A DNA stretch of 64,000 nucleotides. Source: Escherichia phage JEP8. The stretch is from sequence record MT764208.1; one strand, written 5' to 3'. Under the pieces are notes generated by a model, which saw only the letters and a program-made list of their open reading frames with translations, was not told the DNA's origin and did not search any database. Position 1 is the stretch's first letter. Each line of letters starts with the position of its first letter. This document shows, piece by piece, positions 43,843 through 54,890 of the stretch. The translations under genes were made by a program, and so were the position numbers.

Positions 43843-45642
43843 ATGCTAATGTTTAATAACTCCGTTAAATGGTTTACCGGAATTGTAGAAAACAGGGAAG
43901 ACCCATTAATGCTGGGGCGTGTTCAGGTTAGGATTCATGGTATACATCCCTCGCTATCCGCGCACGGTGACATTCAAGGTCTTCCAACCGAAGATCTATT
44001 ATGGATTACGCCAGTACAAGATATTACAAGCGCGGCGATCTCCGGTATAGGTCAAAGCCCTACTGGTATTGTTGAAGGTTCAATGGTATTTGGTTTGGCT
44101 TTAGATGAACGTTATTTAAACTGCGTTATTCTTGGTACTATTGCCGGACAATATACAGAGAAACCACTCACTACAGAAGGTTTTTGCGACCCTTCTGGTG
44201 CATATCCTCGTTATATTGGTAATGATGTTAATATTCTTGCTCGTGGCGGTATTAACCCAGAAACCGGGCAAACAACAAAACCTGATAGTGTCTATATTCG
44301 AGATGAAAACACTGGAGTTGCAGTAAATCCAGACGACGAGCCATTAGACCAAATTCCGGTTGATGATAATCCTGATTTTACAATAGAAAAAATGCTGCGG
44401 GGCGATGAGGGATATCGCGAGAAATGGTATCTTGATTCAGAAGGATATCCGACAATAGGCATCGGGCATTTGATCATTTATAAGAAAACCAGTGATCTTG
44501 ATATTATCAATAATGAACTTTCTAAGCTGGTAGGGCGTGAAGTTACAAACGGAAGACTTACCGCCGAAGAAGTTAGTAAAGTATTTGCCGACGATATAGA
44601 AAAGACTCGTCGTGATATGCGCAAACATCCACGAATTGCACCTGTCTATAATAAATGTAATGCCTCACGTCGTATGGCATTAGAAAATATGGCGTTTCAA
44701 ATGGGTGTTGGTGGATTGGGTAAATTTAAGAATAGTCTTGCTGCGATGTTAGCGGAAGAATGGAAACAAGCCTATGATGGATTACGTCAATCGGTATGGG
44801 CTAACCAAACTCCAGGACGATCCAGCCGTGTTTCTAAAATTATTCTTACTGGCAACTTAGAATCATATGGCGTAATTGCTCCAAAGAAAGAGGAATCAAT
44901 TTCTGATGATCCGCGAGCACGTTTGAGAAATGCCCGTATTGCTGCCTATAAGACGCAGAGAGCAGAAGAAGACCCAGAAGCACCGTTTACCCCACAAGAC
45001 ACACGAATCATGTTTAAAGAGCCTAAGAGTTCGTATTCTGCAAGGTATCCTTATAACCATGTGTACGAGTCAGAGAGCGGTCATATTATCGAGATTGATG
45101 ATACTCCTTCTCATGAGCGATATCATCGTAAACATCCTTCGGGTACATTTGAAGAAACCAGACCGGACGGAACGAGGGTAGAAAAGATTGAAGGCGATGA
45201 TTATCTGATCGTTAAACAAGGCCGGAAAGTAAACGTTAAGGGTAATTTGCAAGTTGTTGTTGAAGGTGACGCGCAAGTTTATTATATGGGTAATGTGATG
45301 CAAACCGTTGATGGTAACGTCACTGAATTTATTCGTGGTAATGTTAATCAGACCGTTGAAGGTACTGCTAACATGCATGTTGTAGGTGATGTTACCGCTC
45401 AGCTTGACGCTAATTTGACGGCTAACGTCAAGGGTAATGCTGAATTAATGATCGAGGGTAACACTACCGAAACAATTAAAGGTAACTATGATTTAACCGT
45501 TGAGGGTAATTTTAATATGACCGTCAATGGCACTAAATCAGATCAGGTTAATGGTGACTGGTCCCGTAATTGTGGTGCAAGCGTTAAAGATATTGCATCT
45601 GGTACAGTTAAAATTGATGGTAGCCGTATTGATCTTGGGTGA
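43843..45642 (+). CDS. 5: Baseplate hub/central spike protein with lysozyme domain gp5
   Basis: 599 aa; N-terminal OB-like part, T4-lysozyme-like segment (YLDSEGYPTIGIGHLI), C-terminal VxGxxxxxV beta-helix repeats. Confidence 0.9.
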   Translation: MLMFNNSVKWFTGIVENREDPLMLGRVQVRIHGIHPSLSAHGDIQGLPTEDLLWITPVQDITSAAISGIGQSPTGIVEGSMVFGLALDERYLNCVILGTIAGQYTEKPLTTEGFCDPSGAYPRYIGNDVNILARGGINPETGQTTKPDSVYIRDENTGVAVNPDDEPLDQIPVDDNPDFTIEKMLRGDEGYREKWYLDSEGYPTIGIGHLIIYKKTSDLDIINNELSKLVGREVTNGRLTAEEVSKVFADDIEKTRRDMRKHPRIAPVYNKCNASRRMALENMAFQMGVGGLGKFKNSLAAMLAEEWKQAYDGLRQSVWANQTPGRSSRVSKIILTGNLESYGVIAPKKEESISDDPRARLRNARIAAYKTQRAEEDPEAPFTPQDTRIMFKEPKSSYSARYPYNHVYESESGHIIEIDDTPSHERYHRKHPSGTFEETRPDGTRVEKIEGDDYLIVKQGRKVNVKGNLQVVVEGDAQVYYMGNVMQTVDGNVTEFIRGNVNQTVEGTANMHVVGDVTAQLDANLTANVKGNAELMIEGNTTETIKGNYDLTVEGNFNMTVNGTKSDQVNGDWSRNCGASVKDIASGTVKIDGSRIDLG

Positions 45643-45650
45643 GGTAACTA

Positions 45651-46217
45651 ATGGTTGAAATTCTTCCGATGAGTTCAAAATTGGAGGATATCAGCGAGCG
45701 AGAAATCTTTGAGGTGGTGTTCTCTTATAAAGCAACGCCACCGGATGCAAATACCACATACACGATTAAAGAGTTTAAGATCAGCGAGTATCGCCCTAAT
45801 AAGGGCGTTACCGTTGAAGAAACTAAAATATCTGGTGAGTATCGGGATAGTTTTTCGCTTGGCACGGATTCTCTTAAATATATAACGAAAGATAGAATTA
45901 AAAAATCTGCCGGAAGTTTTGATGATTTACCAGATCCAACTACCGCAGATCTATATTATTTTAACGCTCCTACACGTCTACAGGAGGTTTATACTTATAA
46001 AGTCACCCTAACCTATATCCAATCTGTTTCAGAGTCTTCTGGTGGTTCTGGTGAAGGAAATAGTGGTGGTTCCAATAGCCGAGAGGGTGCTGGTGAAACT
46101 AATCCGCCTCCGGTAGTAACCGAACACACAATAGAGAAAGTTTATACTCAAACCGTTTTTGGAAATTGGGATGTGTGGTCGCAGCAACTAAGAGATTATG
46201 TACATAGGGGTGTTTAA
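45651..46217 (+). CDS. Hypothetical protein (gp5.1 position)
   Basis: 188 aa directly after gp5; Gly/Ser-rich linker SSGGSGEGNSGGSNS. Confidence 0.5.
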   Translation: MVEILPMSSKLEDISEREIFEVVFSYKATPPDANTTYTIKEFKISEYRPNKGVTVEETKISGEYRDSFSLGTDSLKYITKDRIKKSAGSFDDLPDPTTADLYYFNAPTRLQEVYTYKVTLTYIQSVSESSGGSGEGNSGGSNSREGAGETNPPPVVTEHTIEKVYTQTVFGNWDVWSQQLRDYVHRGV

Positions 46218-46283
46218 TGGCTGGCGGGTGTCGATGCCCCGCCGTCATAAATAGTTATATAATGATTTAATATGAGGTGTTTT

Positions 46284-47024
46284 ATGATTAAAGTGCATGA
46301 CGATTTCAAAGAACTTTATAATGTATGCTCTGAACGTTTTTATTATGATGAAACGAGCGGAACAATTAGACGAAAATATGATTGTAAGAGCAATCATTAT
46401 AAAGCGGGTGATGTAGTAGGATATAAAAGAAAACAAAAAAGAACAAATAGTGAAGATGATGTGTGCTATCTGTTTACTAAGATTGATGGAGTTTCTTATT
46501 CAATTCAACAAATTGTCTTCTTGCTTACCGACGGATATATACCAAATTGCATCGATCATATTAACAGAGACACACTAGATAATCACCGTGAAAATCTTCG
46601 TGATGCATCGCGAAGCGGAAATGCTCGCAATAAGTGCAAAGTATATAAAAATGGTTTCGCCTCTTCCGATTACATTGGTGTGTCTAAGCGGGGTTCTGGA
46701 TTTAGGTGTCGTATTAGAATAAACCATGTTATTGCATATGATGAAACGTTCGAAAATGAAACATCTGCTGCATATGCATATAACGTAGAATGTATAAAAT
46801 TAGGTGTCAGTGAGTATACCAACTTTAATAAATTTGAAGACGAAGAATCTGTTAGGAAACTTTACGAAAAAGAGAAAGAAAATAAAGAGTTTCAAGAATA
46901 TTGGAAGGGAACACATAAACAGGGTAAAAGATGGGGTGCTAAAGTTAAGAGTGTGCGTTTGGGTACATTCGAAACAAGGGAAGAAGCTAGACTAGCTATA
47001 ATTCGCTACAAAGAGGGGTTTTGA
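46284..47024 (+). CDS. Free-standing HNH homing endonuclease with AP2-like DNA-binding domains
   Basis: Start moved to ATG 46284 after SD GAGGTG; HNH motif [26 protein letters not shown]; two AP2-like segments ([19 protein letters not shown]; [22 protein letters not shown]). Inserted between gp5.1 and gp5.4. Confidence 0.75.
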   Translation: MIKVHDDFKELYNVCSERFYYDETSGTIRRKYDCKSNHYKAGDVVGYKRKQKRTNSEDDVCYLFTKIDGVSYSIQQIVFLLTDGYIPNCIDHINRDTLDNHRENLRDASRSGNARNKCKVYKNGFASSDYIGVSKRGSGFRCRIRINHVIAYDETFENETSAAYAYNVECIKLGVSEYTNFNKFEDEESVRKLYEKEKENKEFQEYWKGTHKQGKRWGAKVKSVRLGTFETREEARLAIIRYKEGF

Positions 47025-47317
47025 TGGCTGGTTTATCATATGACAAAGCAAAAACTACTGGACATGGTAATTACGGTCCGACAATAATTAATGCAACTCA
47101 ATCTAAGGTATTTGTTGAGGGTATCCCTGTATTAGTCGAAGGAGACCCAATTACACCACACACAAAAACAACAAAGCCTTATGATACACACGGGGGAACT
47201 ACGGTCGCCAGTACCCCGAAAGTATTTGTTACCGGAAAGAAAGCAATTCAAATGGCAGATCGTATTAGCTGTGGCGATACCGTCGCTATGGCATCACCGA
47301 AGGTATTCATAAAATGA
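47021..47317 (+). CDS. 5.4: PAAR-repeat spike tip protein gp5.4
   Basis: 98 aa; size, position before gp6 and repeated G..V..G.P segments fit gp5.4/PAAR. Confidence 0.7.
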   Translation: MMAGLSYDKAKTTGHGNYGPTIINATQSKVFVEGIPVLVEGDPITPHTKTTKPYDTHGGTTVASTPKVFVTGKKAIQMADRISCGDTVAMASPKVFIK

Positions 47318-49218
47318 CAAAGCAAAAGATTACACAAATTCCTGATATTTTTAATGCTGCTACATTCGATGAAATTAAAAGCGCATTAACAGACTGGATG
47401 AGAAACCAGGAAGAATTTAAAGATTTTGATTTTAATGGTGCTGGTATTAACGTATTGATGGACTTGCTCGCATATAACACTCTGTATATTCAGCAATTCG
47501 CTAACGCCGCGCTATATGAATCTTTTATCAGAACTGCAATTAAGCGTAGTTCAGTTGTTCAAGCCGCGCAAGATTTAGGATATTTGCCAGCAAGTAAAAC
47601 TAGTGCATCGACTACAATTATGTTGCACGTAACACATCCTCGAAATCCGGCAAGTATTCGAATCCCACGAGGAACTAAATTTATTGCAAGTGTGGACCGC
47701 CAGACGTCTTATACGTTTGTTACTACAGAAGACGTTGTGAGCGTTTTAGGTTCAAATGGTTTATATACGCCTATGCTTAAAGTCGCGCAAGGTCGTATTG
47801 TTCGTACAGAAATGTTATTTGATCCGAAGAAACAAATTCTGATCCGCGATCCAGATATTGACCGCGCTCAGGTTAAGTTGTGGGTAGACGGTGCTGAATG
47901 GAAAGACTGGACGCGAGAAAGTATTGTTAATGCAACTGGCGCTAGTAATATTTTCTATATGCGTGAAACCGTAGACGGTCATACCGAAATCTTCTTTGGT
48001 GAAGGTGAATCAACTTTATCTGCTGCTGGCGGTGCACTGGAAGCAAATTATATTGGTGGACTTAAGCCGTCAACTGGTGCTAATATCGTAATTGAATATA
48101 TTAGCACTAAAGGCGCGGAAGCAAACGGATCTGTCAATTTCACATACGCGGATACCCTTGCATCTATCTCTATTGTTAAAATTATTGAGAATCCGACAAA
48201 TGATCGTGATTATGTCGGTGCAGATGGTGGTGGTGATCCTGAATCAATCGAACGTATTCGTGAACTTGCTCCGGTAATGCGTGAATCTCAGCGTCGTTGT
48301 GTTACTGCTTCCGACTATGAGGCTTTTGTGTCTAGCCGTTTTGGTAGTATTGTTCAGGCGGTACAATGTTTCACCGACCGAGAAAAACCGGGTTATGCTT
48401 TTGTTGCGGTTAAGCCTAAATCTGGCTTGCGCTTGACAACTGTTCAAAAAGAAGATATGCGGGATTATCTGGCAAAATATAATCTTGCCCCTATCACGCC
48501 GAGCATCATTGACCCTAACTATCTGTATATTAAACAGAATATTAAAGTTTCCTATTCAATCAATGACTTGTCAGAATCAGAGCAGTGGTTGCGCGGTGCG
48601 GTTATTGATCAGATTGATGCATATTATACCGACGAAGTGGAAATTTTTAACCAGACCTTTAGTAAGTCTAAAATGCTTGCGCGTATTGACAAAGCTGATG
48701 TATCTGTGATAGGTTCTAGTGCAGAAATCGAGATGGTGCGAGAGATCGACAACTTCTATAAAGCACCGATGGCTGGAATCAAGTTTTTAAACCAGTATAA
48801 GAGCGGAATCAAGTCTAGTTCATTCAACTTCGAAAAGGACGACAAGCAATATCCGATCCATTATGTAAGTACAGAAATGAACAAAGAATCCGGTTTAGCT
48901 AAATTGCTGGTTGGACCTTTCCCTGTTGGTTCTGCAATCGCTTTACCGCACTATTCCGGCACTGATTTTGATAAAGAGGTTATCGACGGTGCAGACCTAT
49001 ACTTTGAGGTTGGAGAGGTTCAGCATTATGAAGACCTTATTTCATGGGATCTGGGTAAACTGAATATCAATAGCGATCGCTTTACGGGTTCATATATTGA
49101 GTTGACAGCTAAACCGATTGCTGATAACATCTTTACTAAAGACGGTTCTTTGATCGTGTTTGAAAACGATCTCCGTCCTCAGTACACAACTATTAGTCTG
49201 GAGGCAATTGCTCAATGA
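47314..49218 (+). CDS. 6: Baseplate wedge protein gp6
   Basis: 634 aa; N-terminus [54 protein letters not shown] resembles T4 gp6 as recalled. Confidence 0.88.
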   Translation: MTKQKITQIPDIFNAATFDEIKSALTDWMRNQEEFKDFDFNGAGINVLMDLLAYNTLYIQQFANAALYESFIRTAIKRSSVVQAAQDLGYLPASKTSASTTIMLHVTHPRNPASIRIPRGTKFIASVDRQTSYTFVTTEDVVSVLGSNGLYTPMLKVAQGRIVRTEMLFDPKKQILIRDPDIDRAQVKLWVDGAEWKDWTRESIVNATGASNIFYMRETVDGHTEIFFGEGESTLSAAGGALEANYIGGLKPSTGANIVIEYISTKGAEANGSVNFTYADTLASISIVKIIENPTNDRDYVGADGGGDPESIERIRELAPVMRESQRRCVTASDYEAFVSSRFGSIVQAVQCFTDREKPGYAFVAVKPKSGLRLTTVQKEDMRDYLAKYNLAPITPSIIDPNYLYIKQNIKVSYSINDLSESEQWLRGAVIDQIDAYYTDEVEIFNQTFSKSKMLARIDKADVSVIGSSAEIEMVREIDNFYKAPMAGIKFLNQYKSGIKSSSFNFEKDDKQYPIHYVSTEMNKESGLAKLLVGPFPVGSAIALPHYSGTDFDKEVIDGADLYFEVGEVQHYEDLISWDLGKLNINSDRFTGSYIELTAKPIADNIFTKDGSLIVFENDLRPQYTTISLEAIAQ

Positions 49219-52200
49219 TTAAAGCGCCTAGTGTAACTAGCTTGACAATAGAAAAATTGTCTGCTAATCAGGCGTATATCACATGGGATGACGTAGGCGA
49301 AAACTTCTTTTATTTTGTGGAGTTAGCCGAAACCAGAACACGAGACGGGGAGATCATCCCCGTCGATGAGTTAAGCTGGGTAAACCTGGGATATACTGCC
49401 GAACAAAACTGGTTTGAGGATAAAAACCTTTTTCCAGAATATTATTACAAATTTCGTGTAGCAGTAGCCGCAGAAGGATTTGAACAAAGTAAATGGATTG
49501 AAACCGAAGAGTTTCAGACATTTAAAACAAACGCATATAATTTTTCTATGATGCGAGAGTTCAACCTTGCAAACGAGTTTGTTAAGCAAAAGTTTACATA
49601 TGATAATCGTGATTATATTAAATTCAATACTGATTTAATTCAAGCATCATTGATGAAGGAAGATTTTGTCTTTAGTCCTGAATATGCAAACATGACAAAT
49701 ATCTCAAACTACATTGTAGTTGATGAGAACTTTCATGAAATACAGGATCACATAGAAAAAGTTTGTATTGATATAAACCGCACTATGTTAGCGGAAATGA
49801 ACGGTGTTTTGTACCTTTTCGAACGGTTCCAGCCGATCGTGAAAGTGTCAAATGATAAAGGTCAATCATGGAAAGCATACAAGGCTTTTAATGACCGTGT
49901 AGGAAATCCGGTTTCCCGCACATGCGTTTATCAGTCTAAAACCACTACTTACGTTTTAGGATATGACCGAATCTTTTACGGACGACAAGCTAGAGATACT
50001 CGATGGAGCGCGGACGATGTTCGATTTAGTGATGATACGATCACTTTTGCAAAGGTTGGTGACGAGAACGATTTAGGCTTTGACGTTGAGGTCTTTGGTG
50101 TGTTTTCCAGATTAACAGGGGACACCACAAAATACGCCGAAGCTATGGCGTGCAGTGATGACTATTTGTGGGTTGGTGCTAAAGATGTTATTCGCCGGAT
50201 TCGTCTTAAGAATACTCCAGTTGATACCGTACAGGGTTCGCCTACGTTTGGCGAAAAAATATTCGACCCTGATGTTATCCGAGTAACAGGAAATGATAAA
50301 GCTGTCATTCAGAAAATGGATGTGATCGACGGTAAATTGCTTGTGTTTGTTACTGGTGAAGTTAAACAGCGTTATCAAGATCCAACTAAACCAGAAAACG
50401 TTGTTCCGTCAGATGATGCGGGTGTATACTTAATCGAGAGTGATGGTCTGTCTTTTCAGAGAGTATTTGGCAACACTCCGCAGGAAAGGGAATATATTCA
50501 GCATGGGTTCAGTAATATGTCAACCAATGGTGATGAGGTGTTCATAAGCCATTATAATCATCACTTCGAAAGCATTTTACCTGATCCAGAAACTGCCGCG
50601 AAATATGAATTAAGCGAAGCCGTAAAATATTCTCAGGAGCCAACTTATCTAACTGATAAGAAAATACATCAAACTACTTTCAGAGCAAGTTATGATGATT
50701 TGCGTATCTGGGAGTTAGGACCGCAAGCGTATTATAATGAGGCTGATTATACATGGATGCGTCGAAACGGTGTTCGTGTGTGGATCACAAATGATAATCG
50801 CCCGTTGGTTGTTTATCCAGAGGTTATCTATACTCAAGAAGTTGATACGTCTGGCATTCTTGACCAAAATAGGGTTAACCGAGAAGTTTATGATAAGGGG
50901 ACCGTGACCTGTTATCTGAACAATGTTAAATTTGAAGGATTCAAACAATATGCATCCGGTGTAATGTTCCATAAAAACACGGGAGAGATCATAGGATTCT
51001 ATCAATTTAATTACCGTGTTCGTGATCAAGTTGGTGTATACTGGAAGCCAACAAATGTAGCATTTGTTGCTGAATTGCAAAATCAGGTTCGAGAGGTTCC
51101 CTGGGTTCCGGTTCACTACGATCGAGAGCAAGATCCAGATTTGCGACCTTTACTGAATAAGATGACACCGGATAGCTTTTTACTTGAGAACGAAAATTTC
51201 AGAAAATTCTCTGAATATTATCTGCAATTCTTAAGTGATGGTTCAGGAACATATTATAATAAACTAAAAAATCTGATTAAAAACAAATATCCACGCGAGC
51301 AAGATGCATATGAGTATCTTTGGTCAGAAATGAACAAACGAAACATCTATGCAGACAAAAACAAGCGAGATGCGGTAGTAAGATTCTTTGAATCCCGCAA
51401 ATCAGATTTTTATTCCACTAAGGGCGTGGAGGCTTCTTATAAGTTCCTGTTTAAGTTACTGTATAATGAAGATGTGGAAATTGAGGTTGAATCGCAAGCC
51501 GGACTAGAGTATGATATTGTCGTTAGTTCAACGAACATTGACGAGGATATCGTAGGTCGCACGATCTATACTCAAACCGGACGGGCTAACGTGACGTATC
51601 TTGAAAGGGAATATGAAGGTGGTCGCCTACGCTGGCGAGTAACCATTCATAACCTGATCGGGCGGTTCGAAGAAGGTCAAGTGATCAAATCAGAGAAAAC
51701 AGCGTTTGAAGGGATGATCCTTGTTGGTGTACGTGGTAAAGAGTTGTTGAGTAGTTCAATCGACTATATCAACCGCTCACGAAGCCAATACACCATGAAG
51801 ATTAAAAGTGCATTGCCAGTTTCTCGCTATGCAAATGATGTAATGCGATTCGTTCATCCTGTCGGCTTTGGGTTTATCGGTGTTACCCTGCTTACGATGT
51901 TCATTAACAGCGGGTTAAGCATGAAACACACAGAGACGATAATTCAATCTCTAAAAAATTATAAGTTTGACAGCGGATTGCCTAGCGTGTATCCTGATCG
52001 GGTGGCAGACCTTGACGTTGACGGAAACATTAAGAAAGACCCGCTTACCGGAAAAGCATTATACTTAACGTCACCGACAATGGGCGAAGAGTTCCCCGTT
52101 CCTCCTGAATATGATCAGGAGAACAGCGAATTGTTCCACGGACTTAAAGCAAGCGAACGAAGATTTGCAATGAGTCCACTGTTTGACCAGTCGGCGGTAA

Positions 52201-52301
52201 CATTCTCTATGTTCCGTGAACTTGTAGATAAACGGTTGAAGGATAATATAGGGAATCCACGAGATCCGAAGAATCCGACACAGAGGAAAATTAATGGCTA
52301 A
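49215..52301 (+). CDS. 7: Baseplate wedge protein gp7
   Basis: 1028 aa; N-terminus [39 protein letters not shown] resembles T4 gp7; size matches. Confidence 0.88.
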   Translation: MIKAPSVTSLTIEKLSANQAYITWDDVGENFFYFVELAETRTRDGEIIPVDELSWVNLGYTAEQNWFEDKNLFPEYYYKFRVAVAAEGFEQSKWIETEEFQTFKTNAYNFSMMREFNLANEFVKQKFTYDNRDYIKFNTDLIQASLMKEDFVFSPEYANMTNISNYIVVDENFHEIQDHIEKVCIDINRTMLAEMNGVLYLFERFQPIVKVSNDKGQSWKAYKAFNDRVGNPVSRTCVYQSKTTTYVLGYDRIFYGRQARDTRWSADDVRFSDDTITFAKVGDENDLGFDVEVFGVFSRLTGDTTKYAEAMACSDDYLWVGAKDVIRRIRLKNTPVDTVQGSPTFGEKIFDPDVIRVTGNDKAVIQKMDVIDGKLLVFVTGEVKQRYQDPTKPENVVPSDDAGVYLIESDGLSFQRVFGNTPQEREYIQHGFSNMSTNGDEVFISHYNHHFESILPDPETAAKYELSEAVKYSQEPTYLTDKKIHQTTFRASYDDLRIWELGPQAYYNEADYTWMRRNGVRVWITNDNRPLVVYPEVIYTQEVDTSGILDQNRVNREVYDKGTVTCYLNNVKFEGFKQYASGVMFHKNTGEIIGFYQFNYRVRDQVGVYWKPTNVAFVAELQNQVREVPWVPVHYDREQDPDLRPLLNKMTPDSFLLENENFRKFSEYYLQFLSDGSGTYYNKLKNLIKNKYPREQDAYEYLWSEMNKRNIYADKNKRDAVVRFFESRKSDFYSTKGVEASYKFLFKLLYNEDVEIEVESQAGLEYDIVVSSTNIDEDIVGRTIYTQTGRANVTYLEREYEGGRLRWRVTIHNLIGRFEEGQVIKSEKTAFEGMILVGVRGKELLSSSIDYINRSRSQYTMKIKSALPVSRYANDVMRFVHPVGFGFIGVTLLTMFINSGLSMKHTETIIQSLKNYKFDSGLPSVYPDRVADLDVDGNIKKDPLTGKALYLTSPTMGEEFPVPPEYDQENSELFHGLKASERRFAMSPLFDQSAVTFSMFRELVDKRLKDNIGNPRDPKNPTQRKING

Positions 52302-53289
52302 TGAAAATAGTGTGATCTATCGCTCAATAATTACTAGTAAATTTAGAACGGAAAAACTTCTGAATTTCTATAATTCTGTAGGCGATGAGGCAAATCAAAT
52401 TACAATTTATGGAACGTTTGGACGTTCGGAGCCGTGGTCAGAAAACGAAAAAGAGGTGGGCTTTGCCCCACCTTATCCGACCGATTCAACGGCTGGCGTT
52501 GTTGATATGTGGACCCATATGATGGGGGCGGTTAAGATTAACAAATCACTTCTTGATGCGGTTATCCCTCGTAAAGATTGGGGTGATACCGGACAGGATA
52601 ACCCGCGCACGTTCTTTATCAATGACGTTGTTGTTGTAAACTCAGCACCATATAACCGTACAGATGTTGGTAGCGGTTGGATGGTGTATCGAGTGACAGA
52701 TGTTCCTGATCGCGGTTATTGTTCTATTTCAAGCATTGACGCAAAAGTAGAGTGTTTGAAATTGGGTGGAAAATGGACCCCTACGCATGAATCAATCGCG
52801 CCACCAGTAGGGAAAGGCGATTCTATTGATATGGGTGACGGATATCGTTGGGAATATTTGTACACAATTCCACCTGATGCGGCGATCAACCGTTGCACCA
52901 ATGAACATATTGTTGTACCGTTCCCCGATGAACTGCGACAAGATCCGGCGCGTTGGGGCTATGACAATGTGATCACCTGGTATAATGACTATAATCTGCT
53001 TTATCGGCTGAAAGTAGTAACTTTGCGTTTTCAGGCTTATATGGACTCTGCGCAATTCCCAACTACCGCGTTAGTGGGTAATACTGGTTTCCGTCAGTTA
53101 AGCATTATCCTTAACCCATTGGAAAAGAAAGCACGCCCTAGCGATCCAGACGTTAAAGCGGTTAAAGATCAGTACCGTCCGCAAGACTTAGAGCCACACT
53201 CAGGAGAAATGATCTACATGGAAAACCGACAACCTATCGTTCGGTCATTAGATCAAACAGAACTTGTTTCTGTATTGTTTGAGTTCTAA
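52294..53289 (+). CDS. 8: Baseplate wedge protein gp8
   Basis: 331 aa; SVIYRSIITSKFRTEKLLNFYNS...FGRSEPWSENEKEVGFAPPYPTDS resembles T4 gp8. Confidence 0.88.
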   Translation: MANENSVIYRSIITSKFRTEKLLNFYNSVGDEANQITIYGTFGRSEPWSENEKEVGFAPPYPTDSTAGVVDMWTHMMGAVKINKSLLDAVIPRKDWGDTGQDNPRTFFINDVVVVNSAPYNRTDVGSGWMVYRVTDVPDRGYCSISSIDAKVECLKLGGKWTPTHESIAPPVGKGDSIDMGDGYRWEYLYTIPPDAAINRCTNEHIVVPFPDELRQDPARWGYDNVITWYNDYNLLYRLKVVTLRFQAYMDSAQFPTTALVGNTGFRQLSIILNPLEKKARPSDPDVKAVKDQYRPQDLEPHSGEMIYMENRQPIVRSLDQTELVSVLFEF

Positions 53290-53303
53290 GTGTATGATTT
53301 AAA

Positions 53304-53336
53304 AGCCAATTCGAGAGAGTTGGCTTTTCTGTTTTT
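53304..53336 (+). terminator. Rho-independent terminator after gp8
   Basis: Hairpin agccaattcgagagagttggct followed by TTTTCTGTTTTT. Confidence 0.6.
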
Positions 53337-53340
53337 GGTG

Positions 53341-53369
53341 TTGACAATCTTGTCTGGTAAAGGTATAAT
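53341..53369 (+). promoter_or_regulatory. Consensus sigma70 promoter (TTGACA-17-TATAAT) inside the late module
   Basis: TTGACA atcttgtctggtaaagg TATAAT, then leader GCTCACATCTAAACAACGGAGGATAAATT-ATG (same leader family as the minus-strand cassettes). Confidence 0.7.
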
Positions 53370-53398
53370 GCTCACATCTAAACAACGGAGGATAAATT

Positions 53399-53632
53399 AT
53401 GGCACGTCGTAAATTTACAGATAATTGTGAAGCAATTCAGGTATCCCCTTGCGGTTGGGATGTGATCGCGAACGGTGAAAAGATCGGAGAGATCATCGAT
53501 CATACTCATTCATCATTAGCCGATTACACCGATGAACTATGGGAGGGTATCAACTTCATGAATGACACTAAACGATTCAAGACTATCGACGAAGCTATCT
53601 ATTTTGTGTATAATCCAACTTTCGGTATGTGA
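53399..53632 (+). CDS. Hypothetical protein, cassette ORF 1
   Basis: 77 aa (MARRKF...); SD GGAGGA. Confidence 0.55.
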   Translation: MARRKFTDNCEAIQVSPCGWDVIANGEKIGEIIDHTHSSLADYTDELWEGINFMNDTKRFKTIDEAIYFVYNPTFGM

Positions 53633-53643
53633 GGAACTAGAAA

Positions 53644-53976
53644 ATGGCACGCGTAAATATTAAATTGCATTACACAATGAATAAAGCTAAGTTCCCAATG
53701 CAAAAGCATTACTATGGTCTACGTGCACAAGATCCTAAACTCTATGGTACTCATTGGTTTTGTAAACATGATAACCAATGGCACACATACGAAGAAATGC
53801 ACGAGATGATGAAACAGGGTATTGAATTTAGTTATTCTAATTATGACCATCGTATAACTTGCATTCGAAAATTGAAACGATGGATTCGTAAGAATCCGCA
53901 ATTTAAAAACTTTGTGTTCTTTATGTCTCATGTTTATTTGGGGCATAGCGTTACCGTCACAGCAAAGGTTAAATAA
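53644..53976 (+). CDS. Hypothetical protein, cassette ORF 2
   Basis: 110 aa (MARVNI...), His/Tyr/Trp-rich; SD GAGGAA. Confidence 0.55.
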   Translation: MARVNIKLHYTMNKAKFPMQKHYYGLRAQDPKLYGTHWFCKHDNQWHTYEEMHEMMKQGIEFSYSNYDHRITCIRKLKRWIRKNPQFKNFVFFMSHVYLGHSVTVTAKVK

Positions 53977-54815
53977 TGGCACGACTTTCTAAACAAGAAC
54001 AAAAATTACACGACCGAGCAATGGAGTTGATTAATTCAGATCGCCCATTGACATATGAAGAAAAAGAATTTTGCTATAATAACTATCATGGCGATGGGCT
54101 AGGTGGTTCCGGTGCATTCTTTACCCCAGAAGGGCTTGCATGGGATTTTACCATCGATGCACATTGCACAGGAAAAGTATTGGATCTTTGTGCTGGGATC
54201 GGTCGCTTATCTTTTTGTATGTTACATCGTTGTAAGCCAGAAAAGATCGTATGCGTCGAACTCAATCCAGAATTTGCGCGGATTGGCAAGCGACTATTAC
54301 CGGAAGCAGAATGGATCACCAGCGATGTATTCGAATTTGAGTCAAACGAAAAATTCGATGTTGTAATTAGCAATCCACCTTTCGGGAAAATCAATACAAC
54401 CGACACAAAGGATGTATTTGAGTACACTGGCGGCGAATTTGAATTTAAGGTTATGACGCTAGGGCAAAAGTTTGCCGATGTTGGCTATTTTATTGTTCCT
54501 GTGGGTTCCGCTGGTTTTGCTTATTCCGGCAGACCTTATTATGACGGGACCATGAAGTCTAATAAATATCTAAAATGGAGCAAACAAACTGGTTTGGTGA
54601 CTTATGCCGGATGTGGGATCGATACATCAATCTATCGCGATGAATGGCACAGTACCAACGTTTTAACAGAAGTGGTTGAGGTTCGGTATTACGAGAAAGA
54701 AGCCGTAGAAGCGCCTAAATCGCGTCCTAACGAACAAATAGAAGAAAGTAAGGAGATTACCTTACCGAAACAGGAAAGCGAGTCTGGGACGCTCTCAGAT
54801 TTGTTTGACATTTAA
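53976..54815 (+). CDS. SAM-dependent amino-methyltransferase (putative DNA N6-adenine/N4-cytosine MTase), cassette ORF 3
   Basis: 279 aa (MARLSK...); motif I VLDLCAGIGRLS then motif IV NPPFG (gamma-class order); target cannot be resolved from sequence. Confidence 0.6.
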   Translation: MARLSKQEQKLHDRAMELINSDRPLTYEEKEFCYNNYHGDGLGGSGAFFTPEGLAWDFTIDAHCTGKVLDLCAGIGRLSFCMLHRCKPEKIVCVELNPEFARIGKRLLPEAEWITSDVFEFESNEKFDVVISNPPFGKINTTDTKDVFEYTGGEFEFKVMTLGQKFADVGYFIVPVGSAGFAYSGRPYYDGTMKSNKYLKWSKQTGLVTYAGCGIDTSIYRDEWHSTNVLTEVVEVRYYEKEAVEAPKSRPNEQIEESKEITLPKQESESGTLSDLFDI

Positions 54816-54819
54816 TTAT

Positions 54820-54846
54820 AAGCCGTCCTTGTGGGCGGCTTTTTTG
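54820..54846 (+). terminator. Rho-independent terminator after the MTase cassette
   Basis: Hairpin aagccgtccttgtgggcggctt followed by TTTTTTG. Confidence 0.55.
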
Positions 54847-54855
54847 TATGTATTT

Positions 54856-54863
54856 TATAAATA
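54856..54863 (+). promoter_or_regulatory. T4-type late promoter TATAAATA upstream of gp9
   Basis: Exact TATAAATA 28 nt upstream of the gp9 ATG. Confidence 0.6.
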
Positions 54864-54890
54864 ATACATCATAACATGAGGAATTAAACA

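Noticed and set aside
50112-51131. Minus-strand ORFs inside gp7 (50112-50378, 50715-51131), and similar ones inside gp8, gp10, gp12 and wac
   Set aside because: Antisense frames within conserved late structural genes; no expression signals.
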